53,973 nucleotides of DNA from Candidatus Altimarinota bacterium (GCA_039809385.1 JBDHUY010000014.1:1-53973), one strand, 5' to 3'. Positions 18,282-27,861 are shown, numbered from the stretch's first letter. Notes: a model not told the origin generated them from the letters alone. Made by a program: numbers and translations.

Positions 18282-19046
18282 ATGTTCTACCCTGATTTCT
18301 CATCTCTCGGTCTTTCTGACACCGAAGGCAAAGTGTATCTGGCCCTTTTGGAACTGGGCGGCGGGCTGGTCAGCACGATCGCGCGCCGGGCCAAACTGCC
18401 GCGGGTTAACTGCTACCACACGCTCGAAAATCTGGCGAAAAAAGGTCTGGTAAGCCACGTGACCAAAGATAAAGACAAGGCACGCATCTATTCGGCAGAG
18501 CCACCTCAGGTTTTATGCAATGCGCTCGAAGAAAAGGCTGAATATGCCAAAAAGATTCTGCCGGAACTTTTGTCTTTGACCAACGCGCATACGATCAAAC
18601 CACGTATCAAATATTTTGAAGGACGCGACGGGATCAAAAATATTTTCGATGATATGCTTACTAGCACTTCCGAGCTGCTGGGATATTCGAACCTGAAACG
18701 TTTGGGAGATGTGTATCACAAACAGGCTCTGGAGTTTATGGCTAAAAAGACCAGGATCGGTCTGAAAAGCCGCCTGATCTCCCCGAGCAGCGAGGAAGGC
18801 TTTCGTTTTTTTGAAGAATACTATCCCAAAAATGCCTCTATCGAATTGATGGAGGTACTGTTCGTAAATTCGAGGGAATTCTGGTTCGAGCATGATATTC
18901 ACATCTATGGCAACAAGGTGGCGGTGATCTCGCTTAATCCCGAGGAGATTATTGGTATGATTTTTGAAAGTCCGGTCTATGCCAAAAGCCAGCGCGCCAT
19001 TTTTCATATGGCGTGGCTCGGCGCCAGCAGCTTTATCGCGCAATGA
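18282..19046 (+). CDS. TrmB-family transcriptional regulator
   Basis: LGLSDTEGKVYLALLELG...IARRAKLPRVNCY..L..L.KKGLV wHTH; IKYFEG.DGIK; IYGNKVA. Confidence 0.9.
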   Translation: MFYPDFSSLGLSDTEGKVYLALLELGGGLVSTIARRAKLPRVNCYHTLENLAKKGLVSHVTKDKDKARIYSAEPPQVLCNALEEKAEYAKKILPELLSLTNAHTIKPRIKYFEGRDGIKNIFDDMLTSTSELLGYSNLKRLGDVYHKQALEFMAKKTRIGLKSRLISPSSEEGFRFFEEYYPKNASIELMEVLFVNSREFWFEHDIHIYGNKVAVISLNPEEIIGMIFESPVYAKSQRAIFHMAWLGASSFIAQ

Positions 19047-19063
19047 AAAAAGGACCGTACGTT

Positions 19064-19903
19064 TTACTGCTTCGATTTCTTATTAAAGAGCGATACCAAA
19101 TAGGTTCCCAATCCGGCGACAAAGACTGCCAGAACCGATAGAAATCCCCAAAAGGCAGCTTGGTTGTCGACGTTCGACGGGCCGGCGCCGCTTATATCTT
19201 CAGGGCGGGGGGCTGGTTCTCTCAATAGTTCCGGACTGGCGGGCGCGAGCGTGGGCGTGGGGGTAATATCGCCGTCCGTGTTTTCCCGGAGAGTCCTTTT
19301 TTGATTGGGGTCTTCCGGCAGAGGTGCTTCGACCGGCTGTGTCCCACCGATACCCGGGGCAGCATCGCTGCTCTTGGCGGCAAATGACTCATTTGCGGGC
19401 GGTATGCTTCTTTGGGTCTCGTTGCTCTGTGCTATCCCTGTAGCTGTTTCGGAAGTCGCCGGAGTCGGGGAGACGGGAGTCGTGTCGTTTACTCCGACGG
19501 GAGCATCCGTGTTCTCAGTCAGTCCGGCATATTCCTCCGTATCTTTTTTTTCGCTCTTCATCGAGGTATTGTAGAGCGCCGAGGCGGTCACCCGCTGCCC
19601 GGTATTTTCATCTTGTTCCGTCATTTTTCCCGCCAAGGGGGTCGGGGGCGGGGTAGAGACCGAATGCTTGAGCGTTTTCTCAGTGTCGTAGAAATAGAAA
19701 AACATGCTGATACTGACCAGGGCCGGAACCAGCAAGATACTGAGTCGTTTTATTAAAAGAGGGAGCGCTTTTTCTTTTTCAATCGATTTTTCTGCTTTTT
19801 TTTCGCTCAAAATACGCTCTTTGAGCATCGCTTTAAAATGCGGTCGTACGACGATCCTTTCGCCTTTTTTGGCCCGGGTTAGGAGTTGCTCGAGTTCGTT
19901 CAT
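19064..19903 (-). CDS. Putative anti-sigma factor / membrane protein with Pro/Thr-rich loop
   Basis: ATGA-coupled downstream of the ECF sigma; two hydrophobic segments flanking a low-complexity region. Confidence 0.6.
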   Translation of the reverse strand: MNELEQLLTRAKKGERIVVRPHFKAMLKERILSEKKAEKSIEKEKALPLLIKRLSILLVPALVSISMFFYFYDTEKTLKHSVSTPPPTPLAGKMTEQDENTGQRVTASALYNTSMKSEKKDTEEYAGLTENTDAPVGVNDTTPVSPTPATSETATGIAQSNETQRSIPPANESFAAKSSDAAPGIGGTQPVEAPLPEDPNQKRTLRENTDGDITPTPTLAPASPELLREPAPRPEDISGAGPSNVDNQAAFWGFLSVLAVFVAGLGTYLVSLFNKKSKQ

Positions 19904-20424
19904 AGGTGGAGGTTATGTTCTTCCAGCAGGTTTTTAAATTTTTTCATGGCGCGGTGTAGTCGTACCGTGGCGTTGTTGTCGCTTATTCCCAAAATTTGGG
20001 CGATTTCGATGTTGCTGAGCTCGTCGAAGTATTTGTATCGGATTAGTTCGCGCTCTTCTTCCGGAAGTTCTTCGAGCAGAGCTTTTACGGTGTCATGGAG
20101 TTTCCGGTCGTCGAACTCTTTGACAAAATCGGCGCCTACCGAGGGTTCGGCTATATCGTCCAGAGCTACTGTTTCTTTATCTTTGGTCTTTCGCAAATGC
20201 TGGAAAATTTCGTTTCTGGCGATGGTATAGAGCCAGGCGGACAGGGAACCTTCGTGTTTGTATTCGAAAGTATCGAGATGGCGGTAGGCTTTCAGAAATG
20301 TTTCGGAAACGATATCCTCTACAGTTTCCACGGGCCGGATACGTCGAAAAACAAAGGCGTAGATGGGCGAAAAAAAGTGCTCGTAGAGTTTATCGAAGTC
20401 CTGCAGAAGTTCGGGCTCGTTCAT
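19900..20424 (-). CDS. ECF RNA polymerase sigma factor
   Basis: EDIVSETFLKAY, WLYTIARN (region 2); LSNIEIAQILGIS...VRLHRA (region 4). Confidence 0.93.
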   Translation of the reverse strand: MNEPELLQDFDKLYEHFFSPIYAFVFRRIRPVETVEDIVSETFLKAYRHLDTFEYKHEGSLSAWLYTIARNEIFQHLRKTKDKETVALDDIAEPSVGADFVKEFDDRKLHDTVKALLEELPEEERELIRYKYFDELSNIEIAQILGISDNNATVRLHRAMKKFKNLLEEHNLHL

Positions 20425-20722
20425 GGTGGAATTTTTCCACCATAGTATAGGGGATTGCCGTCCAACTATAAAGTATAATTCGTTGAATCGGATTCTATTA
20501 CACGAATTTCTGTTGAAATTTTATCGACCATGACGGAATGTTTAAGAAATGCTTCCCCATCTATCGATACGAAATGTTTTGGCTATCTTGTTTCAAAAAT
20601 GAGATGACTTTTCGCGGCTGGGAATAGATAATCCTGTAAGAAAAATCACATTGACGCAAATCGATTCTTTCCATAGAATCGGCACGCTTTAGTTTTAACT
20701 ATTAACATTACAAAATATTACT

Positions 20723-21154
20723 ATGTCCGCTGAATTATTAGATCTCAAAGATAATGATGGTACACGTTTTGAAACTACCAACAACTCTGGTGTAGATCCG
20801 GATGATGGTGAGATCACACTTGTTCCGGAGCTTGTTATTATGGCGGATCCTTTGAGAAAACAATTAACGCAAATTGAAAATGGTATTCGAGGACTTGGGT
20901 ATGAACCTGATCCCAACGCTCGTGTCAAGAATGATTTTTTAACTGAAGTAGACTCATGGAAAAAATCCTTGTTAGATTTACTCTCTCGACAAATAACTGC
21001 AGGAATGTCTTTGGATGATCCTGAAATAAAAGCATTGGGTGCTAAGATTCTACTGATTGAAAAATATATTGAAGATTACCGTTCTGTATTGAAGCTTCTT
21101 GCCAAAACAATTAGTGTTCATGGAGAACGTTCTGTTACTGGTCCTCTTGCTTGA
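20723..21154 (+). CDS. Hypothetical protein (AT-richer orphan)
   Basis: 143-aa ORF; promoter TTGACG-N17-TAGAAT at 20651-20679. Confidence 0.7.
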   Translation: MSAELLDLKDNDGTRFETTNNSGVDPDDGEITLVPELVIMADPLRKQLTQIENGIRGLGYEPDPNARVKNDFLTEVDSWKKSLLDLLSRQITAGMSLDDPEIKALGAKILLIEKYIEDYRSVLKLLAKTISVHGERSVTGPLA

Positions 21155-21217
21155 TCTTCTTAATCTGGTATTTGCAAGGATTCATATTTCTGCTAATCTG
21201 GAGTTCAGACATATACT

Positions 21218-21877
21218 ATGATTCTCCAGCCGCAGGCTCTGTTTATTGAGGCCGGTCACGGAAAAAGTCCGGGAGGAAGTACGGATGGCGGCGCCACGCG
21301 TACCGTTGTTTTACCCGACGGACGACTTCAGATCATTACCGAACGGGAGTTGACGATTCAAATTGCCCGCCGGGTTTTGAGTATCATGAAAACGAAACGA
21401 GCCGAACTGGGCAACGGGATTATTCAAGGAGTCGGCATTGAAACCGCCGCCAGTACGATCCGCAAAATGACATACGTCAACTCGGTAATCACTCAAAATC
21501 GCCTCGATCCGGCCAAGTGTTTCGGTATCGCCATTCATATCAATTCGGCCGCTTCTCCCGCTGCCGGCGGCATCGAAGCCTGGTTTCAGCCAGAGCGACC
21601 CGAAGGTGTGACTTTGTGTGATTTTGTAGCGAAAGGATTGAACGAGTGGATTCAAACCGGACTCAGATCACAGTATATTCGTCCCAGCAATGCCTCGCGT
21701 TTCGGACGTCTCTATATTCAGGATGCAGGGTGTACCTACATGCTGATCGAGTGCGGCTTTTTGACCAACGACGCTGATCTGGACGTGTTGCGCTTTCGAA
21801 CTGAACGCGTGGCCACCGGTATTGCACATGGTCTGATGCAATATTTTCGCAAAAGGCTGCGCCGGCGGGAAGGATAA
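21218..21877 (+). CDS. N-acetylmuramoyl-L-alanine amidase (Amidase_3), no signal peptide
   Basis: EAGHG, TE.EL, IHIN and LIECGFLTN zinc/catalytic motifs. Confidence 0.88.
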   Translation: MILQPQALFIEAGHGKSPGGSTDGGATRTVVLPDGRLQIITERELTIQIARRVLSIMKTKRAELGNGIIQGVGIETAASTIRKMTYVNSVITQNRLDPAKCFGIAIHINSAASPAAGGIEAWFQPERPEGVTLCDFVAKGLNEWIQTGLRSQYIRPSNASRFGRLYIQDAGCTYMLIECGFLTNDADLDVLRFRTERVATGIAHGLMQYFRKRLRRREG

Positions 21878-22111
21878 GGAAGACGGGCTCTTCGCTTCGC
21901 TCAGAGAGCTAGAAAGTCCTGAACTTGTGCCTACGCTCACTGTACTATGTTACCCTGAACCCCCTAACCCCCTTATCAGGGGGAACCAAAGCTAACCGCT
22001 GACTGCTGATCGCTGATAGCTGACAACTCCCAGAGCAGACACATGGGGCTGCCCCTACATCTATTTTTATTTCTTGGCAGACACATAGGTCTGCCCCTAC
22101 TTCTATCGCTT

Positions 22112-22387
22112 ATGACCGAACTCTCGATGGTTTTGATCGGCGGCGCCGTCAGCGCCATTACCCAGTTATCCAAAAAATATTTGCATCTCAATCCGCTGCT
22201 CACCGTAGCAATTCTCTCGCTCATATTGGGTCTGGCCTATTCGTTTTTGATGTCCAGAGGCATATTCACCGAAGAGATGCTCAAAAACTGGGCGACCGCT
22301 TTCGGGTCGGCTGTTACCATTTACAATATTCTCAAAGAGATGGCCAAAAAAGATCCGCCCTCTTCTTCAGCCGGGACGAATTCTTAG
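22112..22387 (+). CDS. Small membrane protein, holin-like
   Basis: 91 aa with 2-3 hydrophobic helices, ITQLSKK and a charged C-terminus; follows the amidase. Confidence 0.55.
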   Translation: MTELSMVLIGGAVSAITQLSKKYLHLNPLLTVAILSLILGLAYSFLMSRGIFTEEMLKNWATAFGSAVTIYNILKEMAKKDPPSSSAGTNS

Positions 22388-22495
22388 CTATTTGCCTTTT
22401 GCTCAATTTTTCTGCTCTGTTTTGAACAAATTATCGTTTGCAGGATATGAGGAAACTCCCTATAGTAGACGCATAATTTTCTTTATCCTGCTCTT

Positions 22496-23080
22496 ATGGC
22501 TGTTCTTTCCGATATCGACATTAACAACGCGCTCGTTTCGGGGCGCATAAAAATAGAATCGGCCGATCCCGAGGGGGTGCGTTCTTCGATCCATGCCGCG
22601 TCGGTAGATCTGACTCTGGGGCGCTATTTCAAGATATACGACCACACCAAACTGGCGATCCTGGATCCGAAGGAAAAAGAACTGATCAGCAGTGTCATGC
22701 GGACCATCGAAATCGAAGACAGCAAACCTTTTATCATCCAGCCCGGCGAATTCGTACTCGGGGTTACCCAGGAGATCGTTTCGATTGCCGACGACCTGAT
22801 GGCCCGACTGGAGGGACGCAGCAGCATCGGTCGTCTGGGGGTGATCATTCATGCCACGGCCGGCCTCGTCAATCCGGGCTTTTCCGGCTCTTTTACGCTT
22901 GAGATTTCCAATATCAACCGCATGCCGATCGCACTCTACCCCGGCATGCATATTTGCCAAATTTCATTTGAAGAAATGACTACCAGGGTCAGTGAAAGTT
23001 ATGCCGATAAAAAAGAAAGCAAATACCAGCATCAGGTACTGCCGGAGGCGAGCAAGATTCATCAGGACAAGGGATTTTAG
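22496..23080 (+). CDS. dcd: dCTP deaminase
   Basis: LSDIDI, ASVDLTLG, EGRSSIGRLG, TLEISN, LYPGMHICQ and SKYQ. Confidence 0.95.
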   Translation: MAVLSDIDINNALVSGRIKIESADPEGVRSSIHAASVDLTLGRYFKIYDHTKLAILDPKEKELISSVMRTIEIEDSKPFIIQPGEFVLGVTQEIVSIADDLMARLEGRSSIGRLGVIIHATAGLVNPGFSGSFTLEISNINRMPIALYPGMHICQISFEEMTTRVSESYADKKESKYQHQVLPEASKIHQDKGF

Positions 23081-23357
23081 GATAGACAACACTGAGCGAT
23101 GTCATTTTGCCATATATCAGATTGTAGAAGGAAAATATTTACATTCTCGCTATCAAATTTCTATCCGTCGTAGCGGACCGAATCTCAAAATAAGTTCAAG
23201 TATCAAACACAAAAATAAAGCTACAAATCTGTTTGAACTTTGAAATTGGGATTTATTTTGTCCGCCGAGGCGGATGGATTTTGGTCTTTGAACTTGCTAT
23301 GGTTTATCTGTCGGCTCCGGAATGTTTCGTATTTAGAATTTTGGATTTCTTTCTTCT

Positions 23358-25115
23358 ATGGCTCCGCTCCAAAAAACATGCGTCCTTTGTTCCAATCCGT
23401 TTACGGTGACGGACGGCGATCAGACCTTTTATCAGAAAATATCGCCCCAGTTTCAGGGACGCATCTATGCGATTCCGTTTCCAACCCTTTGTCTTCTCTG
23501 CCGCCAGCGGCGGCGTCTGTCTCACAAAAATGAAAGGACGCTCTATAACCGTACTTGCGGTCTGTGCCACAAAGATATTATTTCGGTTTATTCTCCTGAC
23601 AAATCCGTGCCGGTATACTGCGGTCCCTGTTGGTGGTCTGATGCTTGGGATCCCTTGTCCTACGGACAGCCGTATCATCCCGAGAAGTCTTTTTTCGAAC
23701 AATTCGCGCTTTTACGCAGCCGTGTACCAAAAATCGGTTTGATGAATACCGACAGCGAGAATTCGGATTACTGTAATATCGCTCTCAAAAACCGCAACTG
23801 CTATCTCTCTTTTTCGATCGACCACAGCGAGTATTGTTCCTACAGCGAGGTGCTGTCCAAATCCCGGGATGTGGTCGACAGCAGTTTTATGAATAACTGC
23901 GAACTGTGCTACGATTGCAAAAATTGCAACAATTGCTATAACCTGATCGGCGGAACCGACTGCGATCTAACCCGCGATTCGCTTTTCGTTGATTCGTGTA
24001 AAAGTAGCAGCAACTTAATTTTCTGCTGTAATCTTACCAACAAACAGTATCATATCTATAACAAACCGGTCAGTAAAGAAGCGTTCGAACAGATGAAAAC
24101 TCAGATCCTGGCTTCGGGAACGAATTATCGCAAATCGCGAGTTTTTTTCGAGGATTTCAAAAAGAAATTTCCCAAAAAATATGCCGACATTCTCAATAGC
24201 GAACAAGCCAGCGGCAACTATATTAAGGGGTCGCGTAATATCGTTTCTTCGTATCATATCAACCAGGGGCAGGATCTAACCTATTGTACCGCCTGCAAAT
24301 TGAAATCGAACGATTGTATGGATGTGGATAATCTGGCCTTGTCCGAACTCTGCTACGAAGGCAGCAGTTTTTCGGGGCAGCGTATCGCCTTTTCCCTGCT
24401 TTCCTGGTTTTCACACGACGTGTATTATGTGGACGAATGTTTCCACGCCGCCAATTTGTTTGGTTGTGTCAGCGTCAAGAAAAAAGAATACTGTGTGCTG
24501 AATAAACAATATTCCAAAGAAGAATATGAGCGCCTGGTAGGAGAGATCATTGGACAAATGAGCAAAAGAGGCGAATGGGGCGAATTTTGGCCCTTTTCGA
24601 TGTCTCTGTTCGGGTATAACGAAACGGTTGCCCAGTTGTATTATCCCCTGACCCGGGAACAGGTATTGAATCATAATGCAGATCCAAACGTAGGGATGAA
24701 AAATCTTTCGCCCCTACAATCGCCCCTGCGAAATGGTAAAATCTTCAATTGGTCCGATTTCGAAGCGCCGCCTCCCCGGGTCGAAAAGATTATTACCGCC
24801 GACCAGATGGCACGGTTACCCGAAGGAATCGAACAGGTTCCCGACGATATTTTGAGTTGGGCGCTGACATGCGAAAAAACCGGAAAACTGTTTCGGATCC
24901 ATAAATCCGAACTGGCTTTCTATCGGCTGCACCATATTCCGTTGCCGCGCCTGCATCCCGATCAGCGTTACCGCGACCGTATCGCTTTCTTGCCGCCGCG
25001 CCGTTTGTTTTCACGTTCGTGTATGCGCTGTCAAAAGGCGATTCAAACCGTCTATGCCCCCGACCGGGGAGAGACTGTCTTGTGCGAGAGTTGCTATCTG
25101 AACGAGGTATACTAA
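23358..25115 (+). CDS. Cys-rich zinc-ribbon/repeat protein, paralog 3 (in-frame REP insert)
   Basis: Same architecture as paralogs 1 and 2; extra segment near 24670-24735. Confidence 0.9.
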   Translation: MAPLQKTCVLCSNPFTVTDGDQTFYQKISPQFQGRIYAIPFPTLCLLCRQRRRLSHKNERTLYNRTCGLCHKDIISVYSPDKSVPVYCGPCWWSDAWDPLSYGQPYHPEKSFFEQFALLRSRVPKIGLMNTDSENSDYCNIALKNRNCYLSFSIDHSEYCSYSEVLSKSRDVVDSSFMNNCELCYDCKNCNNCYNLIGGTDCDLTRDSLFVDSCKSSSNLIFCCNLTNKQYHIYNKPVSKEAFEQMKTQILASGTNYRKSRVFFEDFKKKFPKKYADILNSEQASGNYIKGSRNIVSSYHINQGQDLTYCTACKLKSNDCMDVDNLALSELCYEGSSFSGQRIAFSLLSWFSHDVYYVDECFHAANLFGCVSVKKKEYCVLNKQYSKEEYERLVGEIIGQMSKRGEWGEFWPFSMSLFGYNETVAQLYYPLTREQVLNHNADPNVGMKNLSPLQSPLRNGKIFNWSDFEAPPPRVEKIITADQMARLPEGIEQVPDDILSWALTCEKTGKLFRIHKSELAFYRLHHIPLPRLHPDQRYRDRIAFLPPRRLFSRSCMRCQKAIQTVYAPDRGETVLCESCYLNEVY

Positions 25116-25233
25116 AAGTCAAAGGTGAAGAGTCAAAAGTCAACACGTTGTTCTGTCCTTTTTGCGATTTGGATTTTGAAATTGGGATTTTCCCGCTATA
25201 GTGGTACAGTTATAAACGTTCTTCTTTTGTTTT

Positions 25234-26601
25234 ATGATTCCACTGGTTGCTATTATCGGTCGTCCGAATGTCGGGAAATCGGCGCTGTTCAATCGTATCC
25301 TCGGCAAGAAACATGCGATTGTCAGCGATGTCTACGGTACGACGCGCGATTCGATCAGCGGGACTATCGCGCATAAGAAAAAAGAGATCGAGTTTATCGA
25401 TACTGCCGGAATTACCGACTTCGCGACCGATACAAACGAAGATCTCGAGCAAAACGTTCAACTGCAGGCCAAAACCGCCCGCGAAGGCGCCGATCTTATT
25501 TTGTTTCTGGTCGACGGCACCGTGCCTTTGACCAGGGACGATCTTGTCGTAGCCGATTTTTTGCGTAAATCCAAGCAATCGGTAATATTTGTGGTGACCA
25601 AATGCGACAATGATAAGAACGCGTACGAGTATGCCGATTTCTATAAACTCGGATTTTCCGATCCGATCCTGGTGTCGGCTATGCATAATCGCGGTATCAC
25701 TACCTTGCTCGATACCGTGCATGCACAGTTAAAAAAAAACGGCTACTTTAAAGGATCGCAAAAAGAGAACATCTTGCGCAACGAAGAGCAAATCTCGGTC
25801 TGTCTGGTCGGCAAACCAAACGTCGGCAAATCTTCGCTGTTTAACCAGCTTCAAAATAAGCGTACTTCGGTTGTGTCGAACGTTCCCGGTACGACCCGCG
25901 ACACGATCGATATTCTCATTCCGTATCGGGACAAGACCGTAGAGCTCATCGATACGGCCGGTTTACGCCGTCCGGGTAAACGGGAAGAAGGAATCGAACA
26001 GTACAGTACACTGCGCACTATGCGGGCGATCAAACGAGCCGATATTGCATTGTTTATGATCGACGCCTCCGAAACAGTTAGCCGGATGGATCATGCCGTG
26101 GCCCGTTATGTGCTGGAGGAACAGAAGGGATTGATTCTGGTGGTGAATAAATGGGATCTGTTTACCAAAGATAAGACCATGATGGATCGGTTTTTAACCT
26201 ACCTGCAGGATCGTTTCAAATATATTCCGTGGGCGCCGGTCGTCTTTATTTCGGCCAAGACCGGGCAAAATATCGATGCTTTGCTGGAACAAGTAGTGTT
26301 GGTCGATGCCGAACGAAAAAAACGGATCGAAACCGGAAAACTGAACCGGTTTATCGAGCAGGTCTGCCTCACTCATCCACCGAGCGGGACTAAAAAGATC
26401 GTCCCCAAAATTCTCTATACTACTCAGGCCGAAACCAATCCGCCTTTATTCGTGCTCTTTGTAAACAAGAAAGAGGCGTTTCATTTTTCTTGGGTACGGT
26501 ACCTGGAAAACCGTTTGCGCGAAACCTTTTCGTTTGTCGGAACGCCGATCGTGCTGGAAATGCGCGAGCGGGAACGACGTTTCGGCAAGAAAAACTCCTA
26601 A
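25234..26601 (+). CDS. der: Ribosome biogenesis GTPase Der (EngA)
   Basis: Two tandem G domains (GRPNVGKS, GKPNVGKS; DTAG) and a KH-like C-terminus. Confidence 0.97.
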   Translation: MIPLVAIIGRPNVGKSALFNRILGKKHAIVSDVYGTTRDSISGTIAHKKKEIEFIDTAGITDFATDTNEDLEQNVQLQAKTAREGADLILFLVDGTVPLTRDDLVVADFLRKSKQSVIFVVTKCDNDKNAYEYADFYKLGFSDPILVSAMHNRGITTLLDTVHAQLKKNGYFKGSQKENILRNEEQISVCLVGKPNVGKSSLFNQLQNKRTSVVSNVPGTTRDTIDILIPYRDKTVELIDTAGLRRPGKREEGIEQYSTLRTMRAIKRADIALFMIDASETVSRMDHAVARYVLEEQKGLILVVNKWDLFTKDKTMMDRFLTYLQDRFKYIPWAPVVFISAKTGQNIDALLEQVVLVDAERKKRIETGKLNRFIEQVCLTHPPSGTKKIVPKILYTTQAETNPPLFVLFVNKKEAFHFSWVRYLENRLRETFSFVGTPIVLEMRERERRFGKKNS

Positions 26602-27230
26602 CGTTTTTTGCGAAGTGTGACGTTCGCCTCCCGTACATAAAGAGGCGTAATTTGCGTTTGCCAGGAAAAATAATCTCCGGAAATTTGGTGAGCGAGTGCT
26701 TGAAGAGTATCGATTGGTTGGCTTTTATCCTGCTCGCTCAACGAACTCTCTCGTACCTCTCCGTTGTGGGCGAATATCATGTAAGCTTCTTCTTTCGCAA
26801 TTTCTTCACTCAATTTTACGCCCTCATGGTTGCCTTCCGACCCGCGCGAGTAGTGATAAAAGTCGCTTTTTTCGCTTTCCAAGTACAAATTAACGGGGGA
26901 TGACGTATCCGATGTCGTGAGAAAGGGAAGTGCCAGCAACTCGAGACGATGGATCCCGGCAATGGGAACCTGCAGACCATACGCGATGGTATTGGCTATC
27001 GTTATCCCGACGCGCGTACTGGTAAAGCGTCCCGGTCCGGTTACGGCTAGGATATGGGTAATGTCCTTCAGTTTGTGTCCGGATTTTTCCAGACTGTTTT
27101 GAATTGTCGGTAGTAGCATTTCGGCTTCATTTTGATTTGCAAGCCATGCGTGTTGGTACAGTATTTCTTTTTCCCGCAAGATGCCGATCCGGTTACGGGG
27201 GGTGACGGTGTCGATGAAGAGGACAAACAT
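26598..27230 (-). CDS. tsaB: tRNA t6A biosynthesis protein TsaB
   Basis: LFIDT, GPGRFTSTRVG and PLYVR. Confidence 0.9.
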   Translation of the reverse strand: MFVLFIDTVTPRNRIGILREKEILYQHAWLANQNEAEMLLPTIQNSLEKSGHKLKDITHILAVTGPGRFTSTRVGITIANTIAYGLQVPIAGIHRLELLALPFLTTSDTSSPVNLYLESEKSDFYHYSRGSEGNHEGVKLSEEIAKEEAYMIFAHNGEVRESSLSEQDKSQPIDTLQALAHQISGDYFSWQTQITPLYVREANVTLRKKR

Positions 27231-27387
27231 AGGGAGAGGGAGAACGGAGTAGGGGAGTTGTGAGTAGAGAGAGACTGCTTTACAGCAGCATAGGAGCTAG
27301 AATTTAGAATAGAGATGGAACAGATTTCACCATTTATACCAGATTCTTTATTCTTGCTGCAGCATCCTCTATCCAGATACCCCAAAA

Positions 27388-27412
27388 GAAACGTATAATA
27401 CTCATACGTTTC
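27388..27412 (-). terminator. Probable intrinsic terminator
   Basis: GAAACGTAT-N7-ATACGTTTC hairpin followed by TTTT on the minus strand. Confidence 0.45.
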
Positions 27413-27453
27413 GTATCATAGTTAAAAAAAACGAAATGGTCACGCGGAAATCT

Positions 27454-27861
27454 TTATTTTCGAACCCGCGCGGGACGTCGCGGCCGGTTTATGGCCGAAA
27501 TTTTTGTTTTTCGGGCCTCCCCGGGGCTGAACAGTTCTCGCGCCAGCGTCACCAGACGCTTGGTCTTCAGGAGGTGCATTTTAGAAAGTAAAAAACGAAT
27601 GTAGTCGATAGCGGTATTGATCTCGTCGTTGGACAGATTGGCCTTTTTCTTCCCGAGCATGGAAGCTACTTTTGCAGCCACGTAGGCCATTTCTTCGGCA
27701 TTTATCTTGTTTTTGGAAATTGCGCGAACGGTGAAATTGTTTAACACGGCACGCTGCTGTATCTTGCGTGTCGCGCTGAGAGACCGTTCGTTGGGGAGTG
27801 GTTTTACCGTAACCATAAACGAGGGTATTTTGTTTTTTTTGTATATTTTTTCTAAATCCAA
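27454..27861 (-). CDS. Hypothetical basic protein
   Basis: 135-aa Lys/Arg-rich ORF, TTG start uncertain. Confidence 0.6.
   Translation of the reverse strand: MDLEKIYKKNKIPSFMVTVKPLPNERSLSATRKIQQRAVLNNFTVRAISKNKINAEEMAYVAAKVASMLGKKKANLSNDEINTAIDYIRFLLSKMHLLKTKRLVTLARELFSPGEARKTKISAINRPRRPARVRK

Noticed and set aside
20723-22387. Prophage remnant
   Set aside because: No integrase, structural, terminase or replication genes and no att-like repeats seen
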